Made by a program: the position numbers and the translations under genes
NCBI GenBank assembly: GCA_043764595.1
Contig: JAYUKI010000687.1
Coordinates: 1 to 48,548 of the forward strand
Direction: 5' to 3'
DNA from: Myxococcales bacterium
Lineage (GTDB): Bacteria > Myxococcota_A > Polyangia > Polyangiales > Polyangiaceae
Length of the DNA stretch: 48,548 nucleotides
The notes under the pieces: generated by a model
Seen by the model: only the letters and a program-made list of their open reading frames with translations
Told to the model about the DNA's origin: nothing
The model's database searches: none
Shown: positions 8,500 through 17,120 of the stretch, one piece after another
How the letters are laid out: the number at the start of each line of letters is the position of its first letter
How positions within the stretch are numbered: the stretch's first letter is position 1

Positions 8500-9984
8500 T
8501 CAGCCCTCGTCGCAGCGCAAAAAGTCGGCTCCGAAGACGTCGAGCTTGTGCATCGACCGACCGAGCAAGAGACGGGCGCACTCTTGCACGCCTTCGGTGA
8601 TGGCGGGGTGGGGGTGCACGCAATGGTCGATGTCGTCCACCGTGCCGTCTTTGTCGATGAGGAACGCTATCCCTTGGATGGTGCTCGACGCGTGGGGGCC
8701 CACGACGCGAAGGCCGAGCACACGCTGCGGATCGTCGGGCGAGCAGAGGAGCTTGATGAAGCCCTCGGTGCTGCGCATGGCGATGTTCCGGCTGATGAGC
8801 CGATTGTGCAGTACGCCCACGCGGTAGGGAATTTTGCGCTGCTTGGCTTGGGTCTCGTTGAGGCCAACGGCCGCGACCTCGGGCTTCAAAAAGTAGATCG
8901 CCGAGAGTGCCTCGTACCGAATGGGTCTCGGGTTTTGGCCGAACATGCGCTCCGCCGCGTGGCGCCCTTCGAGCTCGGCCACGTTCACGAGGGCGACGTC
9001 CATCGTCGTGTCGCCGGCGGCATAGACGTGAGGAACGGTCGTGGATCGCGTGCCTTCGACGTCGATTCCGCCGCCCTTCGTGAGCTTGACGCCAATGGCC
9101 TCGAGCCCGAGCGAGCCCGTGTTCGGGGCCCGACCGACGGAGATGAGGGCTCGTTCGACTTTGAGCGTTTCCTGGTTTCCTGCGGGGTCGGCGATCACGT
9201 ATTCGACGTGGTCGCCCACGGCACGCAGGGAAACGAGACTCGACTCCTTGTGGATGCGAATGCCTATCTTGCCGAACGAGCGTGCGACGACGTCGGCGAC
9301 GTCTTCGTCCTCGAAGGGAAGAATGCGCGGCTGCCGGTCGATGACGTTGATCTTGGTGTGTCCGAAGTTGCCGAAGACCGCGGCATACTCGCAACCGACG
9401 ACGCCGGCGCCTACGACGACCATGCTCTTCGGGAAGTCGGGGAAGTCCTCGATTTGGTCGCTCGTGACGATTCGCTCGCCGTCCACCTCGATTCCGGCCG
9501 GCACGCGCGGCGAAGAGCCCGTGGCCACGAGGAAGAAGTCGGCCTCGAAGCGCCTCGCCGTCCCCGCCTGGTCCACGACCTCGATGGCGTGGGGCGTGAC
9601 GAACTTGGCCGTGCCCTTCGCAAGATCCACCTCCCCGCCTTTGCCGTTCGGCTCACAGAGTGCATGAAGCTGGCGGGTGAGGATGTCCCGGCGCTCGCTC
9701 ACCGCGGTGTGCACTTGCTCCATCACCGAGGCGTACGAGACTGTTATGTTCTCGGCTGAAAACCCGCGGTCTTTGCGGCAAGCGAGGGCGTAGTCGTTCG
9801 ACAAGTGCCACATGGTCTTCGACGACAACGCGCCCGCATGGAGGCCTGCACCCCCGAGCTTGTCTTTCTCGACGAGCAGGACGCGCTTGCCGAGATCGTG
9901 GGCGCGCATGGCTGCGGCAAACCCAGCGGGTCCGGCGCCGATGACACAGAGATCGTAGTGGGTCTTGTCGGGAGCGGACGCCAT
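8500..9984 (-). CDS. Class-I pyridine nucleotide-disulfide oxidoreductase family flavoprotein (dihydrolipoyl dehydrogenase-like fold) lacking the redox-active cysteine pair.
   Basis: YDLCVIGAGPAGFAAA (FAD GxGxxG), VVVGAGVVGCEYA (NAD GxGxxG), YAAGD, and C-terminal HPHPAITEG (His-Glu dyad region). At the CxxxxC position it reads LGGAGLHAGALSSK. Start taken at ATG 9984 (MASAPDKTHYD). Confidence 0.85.
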   Translation of the reverse strand: MASAPDKTHYDLCVIGAGPAGFAAAMRAHDLGKRVLLVEKDKLGGAGLHAGALSSKTMWHLSNDYALACRKDRGFSAENITVSYASVMEQVHTAVSERRDILTRQLHALCEPNGKGGEVDLAKGTAKFVTPHAIEVVDQAGTARRFEADFFLVATGSSPRVPAGIEVDGERIVTSDQIEDFPDFPKSMVVVGAGVVGCEYAAVFGNFGHTKINVIDRQPRILPFEDEDVADVVARSFGKIGIRIHKESSLVSLRAVGDHVEYVIADPAGNQETLKVERALISVGRAPNTGSLGLEAIGVKLTKGGGIDVEGTRSTTVPHVYAAGDTTMDVALVNVAELEGRHAAERMFGQNPRPIRYEALSAIYFLKPEVAAVGLNETQAKQRKIPYRVGVLHNRLISRNIAMRSTEGFIKLLCSPDDPQRVLGLRVVGPHASSTIQGIAFLIDKDGTVDDIDHCVHPHPAITEGVQECARLLLGRSMHKLDVFGADFLRCDEG

Positions 9985-10066
9985 GGTCGGCAGCATACGC
10001 GAAGCAAGGTCCCCTTTGCCGACCAGGATCGCTTGCGCGACGCCTTGGTTCGGGCATGCTCGCGTC

Positions 10067-10360
10067 ATGAGCTCGATGTGTGCACGCTGCAACCAGCGAC
10101 CCGCCGAAATGTTCGCGACCGACGGCTCGAACGTCTGCAAAGGCTGCTTTTACACGGCCGACGCGAACGCGCGCACGTCGAGCGGTGCGACGCAGCTCAT
10201 CTGGGGCGGCGTGTCCGGAATCGTCCTCGGGGTCCTCGTCTTTCCGCTCGCCTTCGTCTCGGCACGCCTCGCCGGCATCGTGATGGCCGCGTGCATTGGC
10301 GGGGGCATCACGGCGCTTCGGCAAGGCCTCGCCGTTCGCGCCCGTCAAAGGCTAGGCTGA
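10067..10360 (+). CDS. Small zinc-ribbon membrane protein, hypothetical.
   Basis: MSSMCARCNQRP...NVCKGCFY (CxxC...CxxC) followed by two hydrophobic helices. It is divergent from the flavoprotein gene. Confidence 0.5.
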   Translation: MSSMCARCNQRPAEMFATDGSNVCKGCFYTADANARTSSGATQLIWGGVSGIVLGVLVFPLAFVSARLAGIVMAACIGGGITALRQGLAVRARQRLG

Positions 10361-10414
10361 ACCTCGAACGGTATAACCGCTGCGTTCGATTCGTTTCGAC
10401 AAGGAGGAATGACG

Positions 10415-10975
10415 ATGTCCGATGAAGCCCGCGCGCAGAAGATCGTGAACGAGCATGTGCTCTGGGCCGTCGGCGCAGGCCTCGTGCCCATACCGCTCGT
10501 GGACATCGCCGCGGTCACGGCCATTCAGCTCGACATGCTGAAGCAGCTCTCCACCCACTACGGAATGCCGTACTCGGAATCGGAAGGCAAAGCTTGGGTC
10601 TCCGCGCTCGCCGGTGGAATCGCCGCGCGTCTCGGCGCGAATGCCCTGAAGCTCATTCCTGGAATTGGATCCATCCTCGGTGGTGCCGCCATGTCCGCCA
10701 TGTCGGGTGCGGCCACGTACTCCATCGGCCAAGTGGCTATTTCGCAGTTTGCGTCGGGACATAGCTTCTCGTCGATGGACCTCGATGCGGCAAAGCGCGC
10801 CTACGAGCGCCACTTCGAAAAAGGCAAAGAGGTGGCCGAGAAGCTCGCCAAAGAGAAGGGCAAATCGGGCGACGTCTTCGAGAAGCTCGAGAAGCTGAAG
10901 AAGCTACGCGATCAGGGCGTGATTACTGCCGACGACTTCGAGGCTCAAAAGCAGAGGCTGCTCTCCGAGGTGTGA
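10415..10975 (+). CDS. DUF697-family protein with a C-terminal SHOCT domain.
   Basis: WAVGAGLVPIPLVDIAAVTAIQLDMLKQLSTHYG...IPGIGSILGG...TYSIGQ is DUF697-like. KLEKLKKLRDQGVITADDFEAQKQRLL is SHOCT. AAGGAGG at 10401-10407 is spaced 7 nt from ATG 10415, so I prefer 10415 over 10409. Confidence 0.75.
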   Translation: MSDEARAQKIVNEHVLWAVGAGLVPIPLVDIAAVTAIQLDMLKQLSTHYGMPYSESEGKAWVSALAGGIAARLGANALKLIPGIGSILGGAAMSAMSGAATYSIGQVAISQFASGHSFSSMDLDAAKRAYERHFEKGKEVAEKLAKEKGKSGDVFEKLEKLKKLRDQGVITADDFEAQKQRLLSEV

Positions 10976-10995
10976 AGCGCTGACGCGATGGCAGA

Positions 10996-12366
10996 TTAGT
11001 GCTTCGGAATCCCGCCGCGTGGGGGGACGTCTTCGAAGCGCTTCGACATGGCCCGGTAGCGATCGAGCATGGCGTCGGCCGCGGCTTTGTTCGTCTTGTA
11101 GAGGTCGACGAGCTCTCCCGGATCGGCGTCGAGGTCGTAGAGCGAGAACCTTGCGTCGTTGGCGAAGGCCACGAGCTTGTAGTTTTCGTGCACGAGGGCC
11201 CTGCGTCGCTCGTTGTATTCGTCCTCCGGGAGGTCGATGACCACGTCGCGGCTCGGGGTCGGGCCGCCACGCAGCTCGGGAACGAGGCTCGTTCCGGGGA
11301 GCGTGGCGTCTTGCGGCATGCCCAGGAGCTCGAGAAAGGTGGGGACCAGATCGGCGTGGCCACGAGGGACGTCGATGGTGCGGGCCGTGCCGCCGGGCAG
11401 GAGCACGAAGAGGGGGACGCGGCAAAGCGGCTCCCAAAGCTCGTGGGCATGGCGGTAGAAGCCGTGCTCGCCGAAGCCCTCGCCGTGATCCGCCGTGATC
11501 ACGATGGCGGTCTTGTCGGCCCAAGGTTGCGCTTTGACGTAGTCGAGGAGCTTCCCAATCCAAAGATCGGTGTAAAAGACTTCTTCGTCGTAGAGGTCTC
11601 GCGCACGGTTCCCGAAATGTGGAGCTTCCGCGTGGGTTTTGTACTCGTCGTGCGGGTCCATGTAGTGAAACCACGCGAAAAATGGAGCATTCCCCTTCTG
11701 AACGGTTCCCAGCATCTCGATCGCCAATGGCGTGAGGGCCTGACTCGTGACGTAGGGATCTTTGTTGTAGTCGAACGGAATGTTCGGAACGAGACGCCAG
11801 TCGGAAAAGCCCTGCTCGAAGCCGGATAGGCCCTTTCCCATGTAGGCGTGCGCGTGTCCGCCCACGCACGGAATGCCCTTCTCGGAGAGCCGCTCGCACA
11901 TGAAAACGTTCTCGTCCGAGTACTTCGTGAAAAACTTCCCCGTTCGGGCGAGCTGCGAGGGATACCGGCCGGACAAAAATCCGGCCACGCTCTTCGACGT
12001 GAACGAGGAGGTCGAATAGGCATGGGTGTAGGATACACTCTTTGCCTGGAGGGCCGTGAGGTTCGGGGCGATGGGGCGTGGGTAGCCGGCCCATGGCATG
12101 TCCGCGCGGAGGCTGTCGATCGTCACGAACAGGACGTTGAGCGGACCGCGCTTCGGGGCCTCTGCCGGGACAGCGGGCGCTCTCGCGCTGGCGAGGGCCG
12201 GAGCACTGGAGGCAGGAGAGGGCGCCGCCCCGAGGCTCGGGGCGGCCTGGACCGGCGCCGGCGTGCCAGGCGGGCCAGGCGGGCCAGGCGTGGCCGTGGG
12301 CGGAGAGCATGCGCCCGTTGAGGACAGGAGCACGAAGACGGCGAGCAAGGACCAAGTGCGCGGCAT
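10996..12366 (-). CDS. Sulfatase-fold (alkaline phosphatase superfamily) lipoprotein hydrolase/transferase, non-FGly type.
   Basis: Lipobox LLSSTGAC|S and a Pro-rich linker. NVLFVTIDSLRAD, FHYMDPHDEY and ITADHGEGFGEHG match the sulfatase fold. The CxPxR position reads TSKSV. The 835-aa track ORF is an artefactual 5' extension. ATG at 12366. Confidence 0.85.
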   Translation of the reverse strand: MPRTWSLLAVFVLLSSTGACSPPTATPGPPGPPGTPAPVQAAPSLGAAPSPASSAPALASARAPAVPAEAPKRGPLNVLFVTIDSLRADMPWAGYPRPIAPNLTALQAKSVSYTHAYSTSSFTSKSVAGFLSGRYPSQLARTGKFFTKYSDENVFMCERLSEKGIPCVGGHAHAYMGKGLSGFEQGFSDWRLVPNIPFDYNKDPYVTSQALTPLAIEMLGTVQKGNAPFFAWFHYMDPHDEYKTHAEAPHFGNRARDLYDEEVFYTDLWIGKLLDYVKAQPWADKTAIVITADHGEGFGEHGFYRHAHELWEPLCRVPLFVLLPGGTARTIDVPRGHADLVPTFLELLGMPQDATLPGTSLVPELRGGPTPSRDVVIDLPEDEYNERRRALVHENYKLVAFANDARFSLYDLDADPGELVDLYKTNKAAADAMLDRYRAMSKRFEDVPPRGGIPKH

Positions 12367-12501
12367 GGGACGCGGTTCGTATAGCAGCCTTGACCGAGGA
12401 ACGAAGCCTGCTCGTCGACTCTGCCCCGAGCTCGATCCTCGATCTCGAGCCGGGACGTAGGTCGTGCACGCGAATCGAGCAGGCTCTGGTATCTGTCGAA
12501 C

Positions 12502-14037
12502 GTGGGCGGCTTCATCGGCGGCATCGAGCGGTGGTTCGGAGTTACCTCCTTCTTCGGGCTCGGGCTCCTGGCGGCCCTCATCTTGCTCGTGGCGCTTTGG
12601 GTCGTTTTGCCGGCCCATGGGCGCTCGAAAATCCTCCCTCCGTCCGTCTTCGTCGCCGTTCACATTGCGCTCGAGATCGTCGGCTTCTTCGTCGCGAAGA
12701 CTTCGGCGCTCTGGCACCCCATCCAGATCTTGGCGTCCCTTTCGCTCCTCCTCGCGATCGGTCGGGGCTCGTTCGTGCTGGTGGCCGATGGGATTTTCGC
12801 CGCGCGGCTCGGTCGGCCGCTCCCGCGCATCGTCCGCGACATCTTCCAGAGCGTCGTCTATTCGGGCGTGCTCTTGGTCACCCTCAGGTTCGCCGGCGTC
12901 GAGGTAAGCTCGCTGCTCGCCACGTCGGCCTTGCTCACGGCCGTCGTGGGCTTGTCTCTGCAAGATACCCTCGGGAACCTCTTCGCGGGCATTTCGATCC
13001 AGATGCAGCGGCCCTTCGAGGTGGGCGATTTCATCCAGTTCGATCCGGATGCGAAGCTCATCGGACGGGTCATCGAGATCAACTGGCGCGCCACCACCGT
13101 CCTCACGAACGACGAGATGGAGGTCATCGTCCCGAACGGCACGCTCGCGAAAGCGCCCATTCGCAACTACACGAAACCGAGTCTTCTCGCGCGTCGCTCG
13201 GTCGAGGTGTCGTGTGCTTACGACGTGGCTCCCGAGCGCGTGAGGGCGACCATTCTTGGAGCGCTGTCGGGTTTGCCCGAGGTTTTGACCGAGCCGCCTC
13301 CCGCAGTATTGACGTGGCATTTCGGTCAGAGCGGAGTCGACTACGTCGTTCGCTATTTTACCGATTCGTTCGCCGTCCGGGACGTGACCGACTCGGCCGT
13401 GCGCGAACGTATTTGGTATGCCTTGCGGCGCGCCGACATTTCCATTCCATACCCTCGCCGCGAAGTGCACCTCCACGAGCCCGTCAAAGACGAAGCGGCG
13501 CACTCGCGAGCCGCCCGCGCCAGCGAGGTGGAAAAGAGGCTTCGTGACGTTGACTTCCTAGCCGTCTTGCCAGCCGAGACCATTGCCCGTCTCGCGACCA
13601 TGGTTCCGACCAAAGTGTACGCTCCCCGCGAGCTCGTGATTCGTCAGGGCGAGCCGGGCGAGGCCATGTTCCTCATTTCGAGTGGCGAAGTGAGCGTGGT
13701 CGTCGGACGCGACGGAAGCAGCACGGCGGAGGTCGCGCGGCTACGAAAGGGCAGCCTGTTCGGCGAAATGTCGCTCATGACGGGCGAACCGCGCGCCGCT
13801 ACCGTGCAAGCGGTCACCGAGACCGAGCTCGTCGTGGTCGGCAAAGAGGCCTTCAAAGCGATCTTTGCCGAAGCGCCCGAGCTCCTGGCCGAGATGACGC
13901 GCGTGCTCGTGGAGCGCCAAGAGGAGCTCGAAAATCACCTCGCCGCGCGTGCCGCCCGTCCGAAGCGGGAGGTCCTCGAAGAGCGCACGACAGCGCTCCT
14001 CTCACGTGTTCGCAGCTTCTTCCAGCAAAAGGGCTGA
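12502..14037 (+). CDS. MscS-family mechanosensitive channel fused to a C-terminal cyclic-nucleotide-binding domain (bCNG-type architecture).
   Basis: GLSLQDTLGNLFAGISIQMQRPFEVGDFI is the MscS pore/beta domain. RQGEPGEAMFLISSGEV...GSLFGEMSLMTGEPRAATV is the cNMP-binding signature. GTG start. Confidence 0.88.
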   Translation: MGGFIGGIERWFGVTSFFGLGLLAALILLVALWVVLPAHGRSKILPPSVFVAVHIALEIVGFFVAKTSALWHPIQILASLSLLLAIGRGSFVLVADGIFAARLGRPLPRIVRDIFQSVVYSGVLLVTLRFAGVEVSSLLATSALLTAVVGLSLQDTLGNLFAGISIQMQRPFEVGDFIQFDPDAKLIGRVIEINWRATTVLTNDEMEVIVPNGTLAKAPIRNYTKPSLLARRSVEVSCAYDVAPERVRATILGALSGLPEVLTEPPPAVLTWHFGQSGVDYVVRYFTDSFAVRDVTDSAVRERIWYALRRADISIPYPRREVHLHEPVKDEAAHSRAARASEVEKRLRDVDFLAVLPAETIARLATMVPTKVYAPRELVIRQGEPGEAMFLISSGEVSVVVGRDGSSTAEVARLRKGSLFGEMSLMTGEPRAATVQAVTETELVVVGKEAFKAIFAEAPELLAEMTRVLVERQEELENHLAARAARPKREVLEERTTALLSRVRSFFQQKG

Positions 14038-14072
14038 GCCCTGCTCGACCGAGTCGACGGCTCCGCTCGAAA

Positions 14073-15425
14073 TCACTTCGGAATGGCCGGCGGCTTCTGG
14101 TCGCTTTGGACACACGACGTGAGATCGAAGAGCATGAACTCGAGCACGCGCTCTTGCGGAGTGAGCGGAGTGGTGCGACACGCCGCCGGGAACGTACCCG
14201 TGGTGCTGCGCCCGCTCCCGATGTGGAAGCTCGAGTAGTAGACGCGCCCGCACTGATCCTTTTCGGCGGCTTCGGTCGGGGTGTTGAAGGTGTAGGCCTG
14301 CGTATTCTGACCCGAGTAGAGCCAACGTTGGGCAGGAGCCGCAATGGCGCCGACGCGGCTGTAGGTGTCGGTCAGGTTGATTTGCGGTCCGGTCGTGGCG
14401 CCCACGGCCTGGAGCCAATCCGCGAGCGCTTTGCCTTTTGGAAAGGTGGTGTCGATTTGGGCGGGGTTCGTGAAAGAACCAGGGCTCGAGAAGTTGCCCG
14501 TGCTCGGCCAGGTGCCGCGCCCTTGCGAAACGACTGGATACGACAAATCCGTGATGAACATGCGGCCGCCGACGTTCGCGTAGTCGAAGAGGTTCTGCAC
14601 GCTCGGCTGGTCGGACGGATACGACGAGCAAGGCAGCGCCACGAGCTGGTATTTCTTCAGGTTGGTGGCGTTGCCCCAAAGCTCCGCGCCCGCAGGAGCT
14701 CCGGCGACATTGTTGCCGTTTCCGCGGTAGACGTGCACACGGCCCGGTCCGGAAGGCGCCGTGAACTCCGAAGCGTCGATGCCAATCTGATTGAGAATGC
14801 ACTCGGTCGGATCGTACGTGGACGTCACGATGGCGATGCGTGGAATGTCGCCTTCGGTGGCATTCTTCGGAAGCCGCAGATCTCCGTCGGTGGCTTTGGT
14901 CTCGACGCATTCGGTGACTGCCGGGAGGACCATCTTGCGTCGGAATCGGCCAATCTGAACGACGACGGGAATGTCCTTTCCCGCTGGCATGTCTTTCAGC
15001 TCGAATCGCCCTTGGGTGTCGGTCAGGGTGGTCGCAATGGGGTCACCCGATACGGACTTTTCGCACGTCTCGCACGTGACGCCTTCGTCGAAGGGCTTGA
15101 GGTCCCCGTTGGGGACGAACACGAGCACGTTGTAGAGAGGGTCTTTGCCGTTCGGCGCGAAAACCTTTCCGGTGAGGGTGGTCGTGTTCGTTCCGTTGCA
15201 CTTTGGTTTGGCACAGGCGAGGCCGATGCAGCCCGCAGGTCCGCCGCCGCTTTCGTTCCCGAGCAGCGAGCCATCAGGCCCACCGCCGCCCGAGCCATCG
15301 ACCACCGTCGTTCCCGAGCTGCCGTCCGCTTCGTCGAAGACGTTCGGCCGATCCTGACTCGAGCACGCGACGAAAGCCCCTCCGACGGTGACCGAGATAC
15401 AGAGCGCAAAAGCGAAGGTTTTCAT
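14073..15425 (-). CDS. Lipoprotein with a carboxypeptidase-regulatory-like (CarboxypepD_reg) beta-sandwich domain. Function unknown.
   Basis: MKTFAFALCISVTVGGAFVAC|S carries the lipobox. LTGKVFAPNGKDPLYNVLVFV...TDTQGRFELKDMPAG is typical of CarboxypepD_reg. The C-terminal domain is large and Cys-containing. Confidence 0.7.
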   Translation of the reverse strand: MKTFAFALCISVTVGGAFVACSSQDRPNVFDEADGSSGTTVVDGSGGGGPDGSLLGNESGGGPAGCIGLACAKPKCNGTNTTTLTGKVFAPNGKDPLYNVLVFVPNGDLKPFDEGVTCETCEKSVSGDPIATTLTDTQGRFELKDMPAGKDIPVVVQIGRFRRKMVLPAVTECVETKATDGDLRLPKNATEGDIPRIAIVTSTYDPTECILNQIGIDASEFTAPSGPGRVHVYRGNGNNVAGAPAGAELWGNATNLKKYQLVALPCSSYPSDQPSVQNLFDYANVGGRMFITDLSYPVVSQGRGTWPSTGNFSSPGSFTNPAQIDTTFPKGKALADWLQAVGATTGPQINLTDTYSRVGAIAAPAQRWLYSGQNTQAYTFNTPTEAAEKDQCGRVYYSSFHIGSGRSTTGTFPAACRTTPLTPQERVLEFMLFDLTSCVQSDQKPPAIPK

Positions 15426-15555
15426 GCGGGGCACCTTTTCTGAGCAGAGAACGCGGACAGCTCATCTTTGCGCGCCGAGCCGAATTCGGCCACGGCAATC
15501 GTCGCTCGATGTGCCAGCCCACATTCTCCTACGCCAGTGACCGCAGAACCTTCCC

Positions 15556-16188
15556 TCAAGGCTTCATGTAGCCCACGACCAAGGCGCACCCTTGGCCGGT
15601 CATTTTCACCTTCAAAGGCTGTCCCTTTTCGAGCTCGAGCTGGCGGCTATCGCTCTCGAGCACGATTTTGCCGGCCTTCGCGAGCTCGATGCCAACGGGC
15701 TTCGGCAGTACCGTGCGCTGGAACGGCGAGCGCATCGTGGTGGCGGCGGTGGTGCCAACCAGCACGTCGATGGAAATGTCTTTGGCCGAATAGGCAAGAA
15801 CGTGGGCCTGAGTGAGGCTTCCTTGGAGCGAGATCTCGAGCGCTTTTGCGTTCGGTCCGAGCGCCACCACGCGGTTGAAGATGGGCTTCAACGGGAGGGG
15901 CTTTCCGTCGTCGCCGGCCTTCGTCTGCATGGCGGCGTCGATTTCGGCGCGGAGCTTCTCGAGTGCGGCTTGATGCTCCGGATCGCACGCCCCTTTGCTC
16001 GACTCCTCCTGCGTGAGGGTCTCGAGGGCGAGAGCCTTCGCCGGCTGGTCGTCCGTAGGTTTTGCCGCGGCGCCTTTGGGCCGCACTTCGGCGGCCGTTC
16101 CCGCAGTGGGCGGCACCTCCGCGGGCTTGGGCTCTCCGCAGGCCGCCGTGAAAAGAAGAGTGCCCGTAACAATGAGGGAATTTCGCAT
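15556..16188 (-). CDS. Lipoprotein, hypothetical.
   Basis: MRNSLIVTGTLLFTAAC|GE carries the lipobox. ATG 16188 was chosen because the upstream extension is Arg-rich and not signal-like. Confidence 0.6.
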   Translation of the reverse strand: MRNSLIVTGTLLFTAACGEPKPAEVPPTAGTAAEVRPKGAAAKPTDDQPAKALALETLTQEESSKGACDPEHQAALEKLRAEIDAAMQTKAGDDGKPLPLKPIFNRVVALGPNAKALEISLQGSLTQAHVLAYSAKDISIDVLVGTTAATTMRSPFQRTVLPKPVGIELAKAGKIVLESDSRQLELEKGQPLKVKMTGQGCALVVGYMKP

Positions 16189-16358
16189 GACGGAGTCGAT
16201 TTCGCGCAACCGGCCGAAAGACGCAAGGCCGAAAGACGCAACGGCACGACGCAATGACCTTGCCTCATGCCGCAAAGCGTTGTCCCGCTCGAGAGCTCTT
16301 TCTTGCCTTTTGCTGGGTTGGCTTCGCACTCGAGAATAATCCGAGCTAGGCTTTCGCC

Positions 16359-17057
16359 ATGCGTTTCCGCCCTCTCTTCGTTGCCATCGCGCTCACGACC
16401 CTCCCGCTTTTGTCGTTCTCTTCGAGCGGCGCCGCCGAAGAGACCAGGGTGGCCCCGCCCACGTGGGAACGCGTGACCGAGGACGCGGGCATCGTCGTTT
16501 TTCGCCAAGAGATAGCCGGCAGTCCGGTCATTGCGTTCAAAGGTGTCGGCGCCGTGGACGCTCCGATGGGTCAAGTGATCGCAGCCATCACGGACACGTC
16601 GCGGACGACCGAATGGATGGACAGCACCGTCGAAGCTCGCGTGCTCCGAAAGGTCGGTCCCCTCGAGCAAATCGTCTATACGCACATCAAGACCCCGCCC
16701 GGGCTCACCGATCGAGACTTCGTGACGAGCGCACGTGGCGAGTTCGATCCTGCCGTGAAGCGCTTCACAGTGCACATTCGCTCGGTGTCCGAGCCTTCGG
16801 CCCCGCAAACGTCTTACGTTCGCGGCGAGATTCATCACAGCTCGTTCGTGCTGACGGCGATCGAAGGCGGAAAGAAGACCTTGGTCGTCACCGAGGTTCA
16901 CGCCGATCCGAAGGGCTCGGTGCCCACGTTCATCGCCAATGCCTTCCAAAAGAATTGGCCCCTGAACACCATCAAAAACCTTCGCAAGCAGTCGGCGAAG
17001 GGAGACGTGAGGCCCTCCGGGGAGCTCGCCGCGGCGATTGCAAAAGCCGGAATGTAG
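16359..17057 (+). CDS. Secreted START-domain (lipid-binding, Bet v1-like) protein.
   Basis: Signal peptide MRFRPLFVAIALTTLPLLSFSSSGAA. FKGVGAVDAP...DTSRTTEWMD...RDFV...SYVRGE...HADPKGSVPTFIANA matches the START pattern. Confidence 0.75.
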   Translation: MRFRPLFVAIALTTLPLLSFSSSGAAEETRVAPPTWERVTEDAGIVVFRQEIAGSPVIAFKGVGAVDAPMGQVIAAITDTSRTTEWMDSTVEARVLRKVGPLEQIVYTHIKTPPGLTDRDFVTSARGEFDPAVKRFTVHIRSVSEPSAPQTSYVRGEIHHSSFVLTAIEGGKKTLVVTEVHADPKGSVPTFIANAFQKNWPLNTIKNLRKQSAKGDVRPSGELAAAIAKAGM

Positions 17058-17120
17058 GCGTCCTGGTCGCCAAGGCTTCTGGCTCGGTAGAGCGAGGCTT
17101 CGGCGGCGCGGGATGGGCTG

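Noticed and set aside
8009-9759. ORFs 8009..9394 (-, 461 aa) and 8548..9759 (+, 403 aa).
   Set aside because: They are alternative-frame shadows of the flavoprotein gene 8500..9984. Composition is Arg-rich, with no motifs.
12240-12300. Short tandem GGCGGGCCA-type repeats here, and Ala/Gly/Pro-coding repeats at about 48240-48360 and 18660-18960, considered as CRISPR-like or other repeat arrays.
   Set aside because: They are in-frame low-complexity coding segments (PGPPGPPG, AGPAGG and GGxPxG linkers). They have no spacer structure and do not form an array.
12367-13503. N-terminal 379 aa of the 835-aa ORF 10996..13503 (-).
   Set aside because: This stretch is antisense to the well-supported MscS gene. 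The sulfatase-fold protein has a clean signal peptide and lipobox at ATG 12366.
15479-15490. Perfect 12-bp palindrome GCCGAATTCGGC about 55 nt upstream of the lipoprotein gene start at 15425.
   Set aside because: It is a single short palindrome with no repeat partner. It could be an operator, but it is too short to tell from chance without comparative data.
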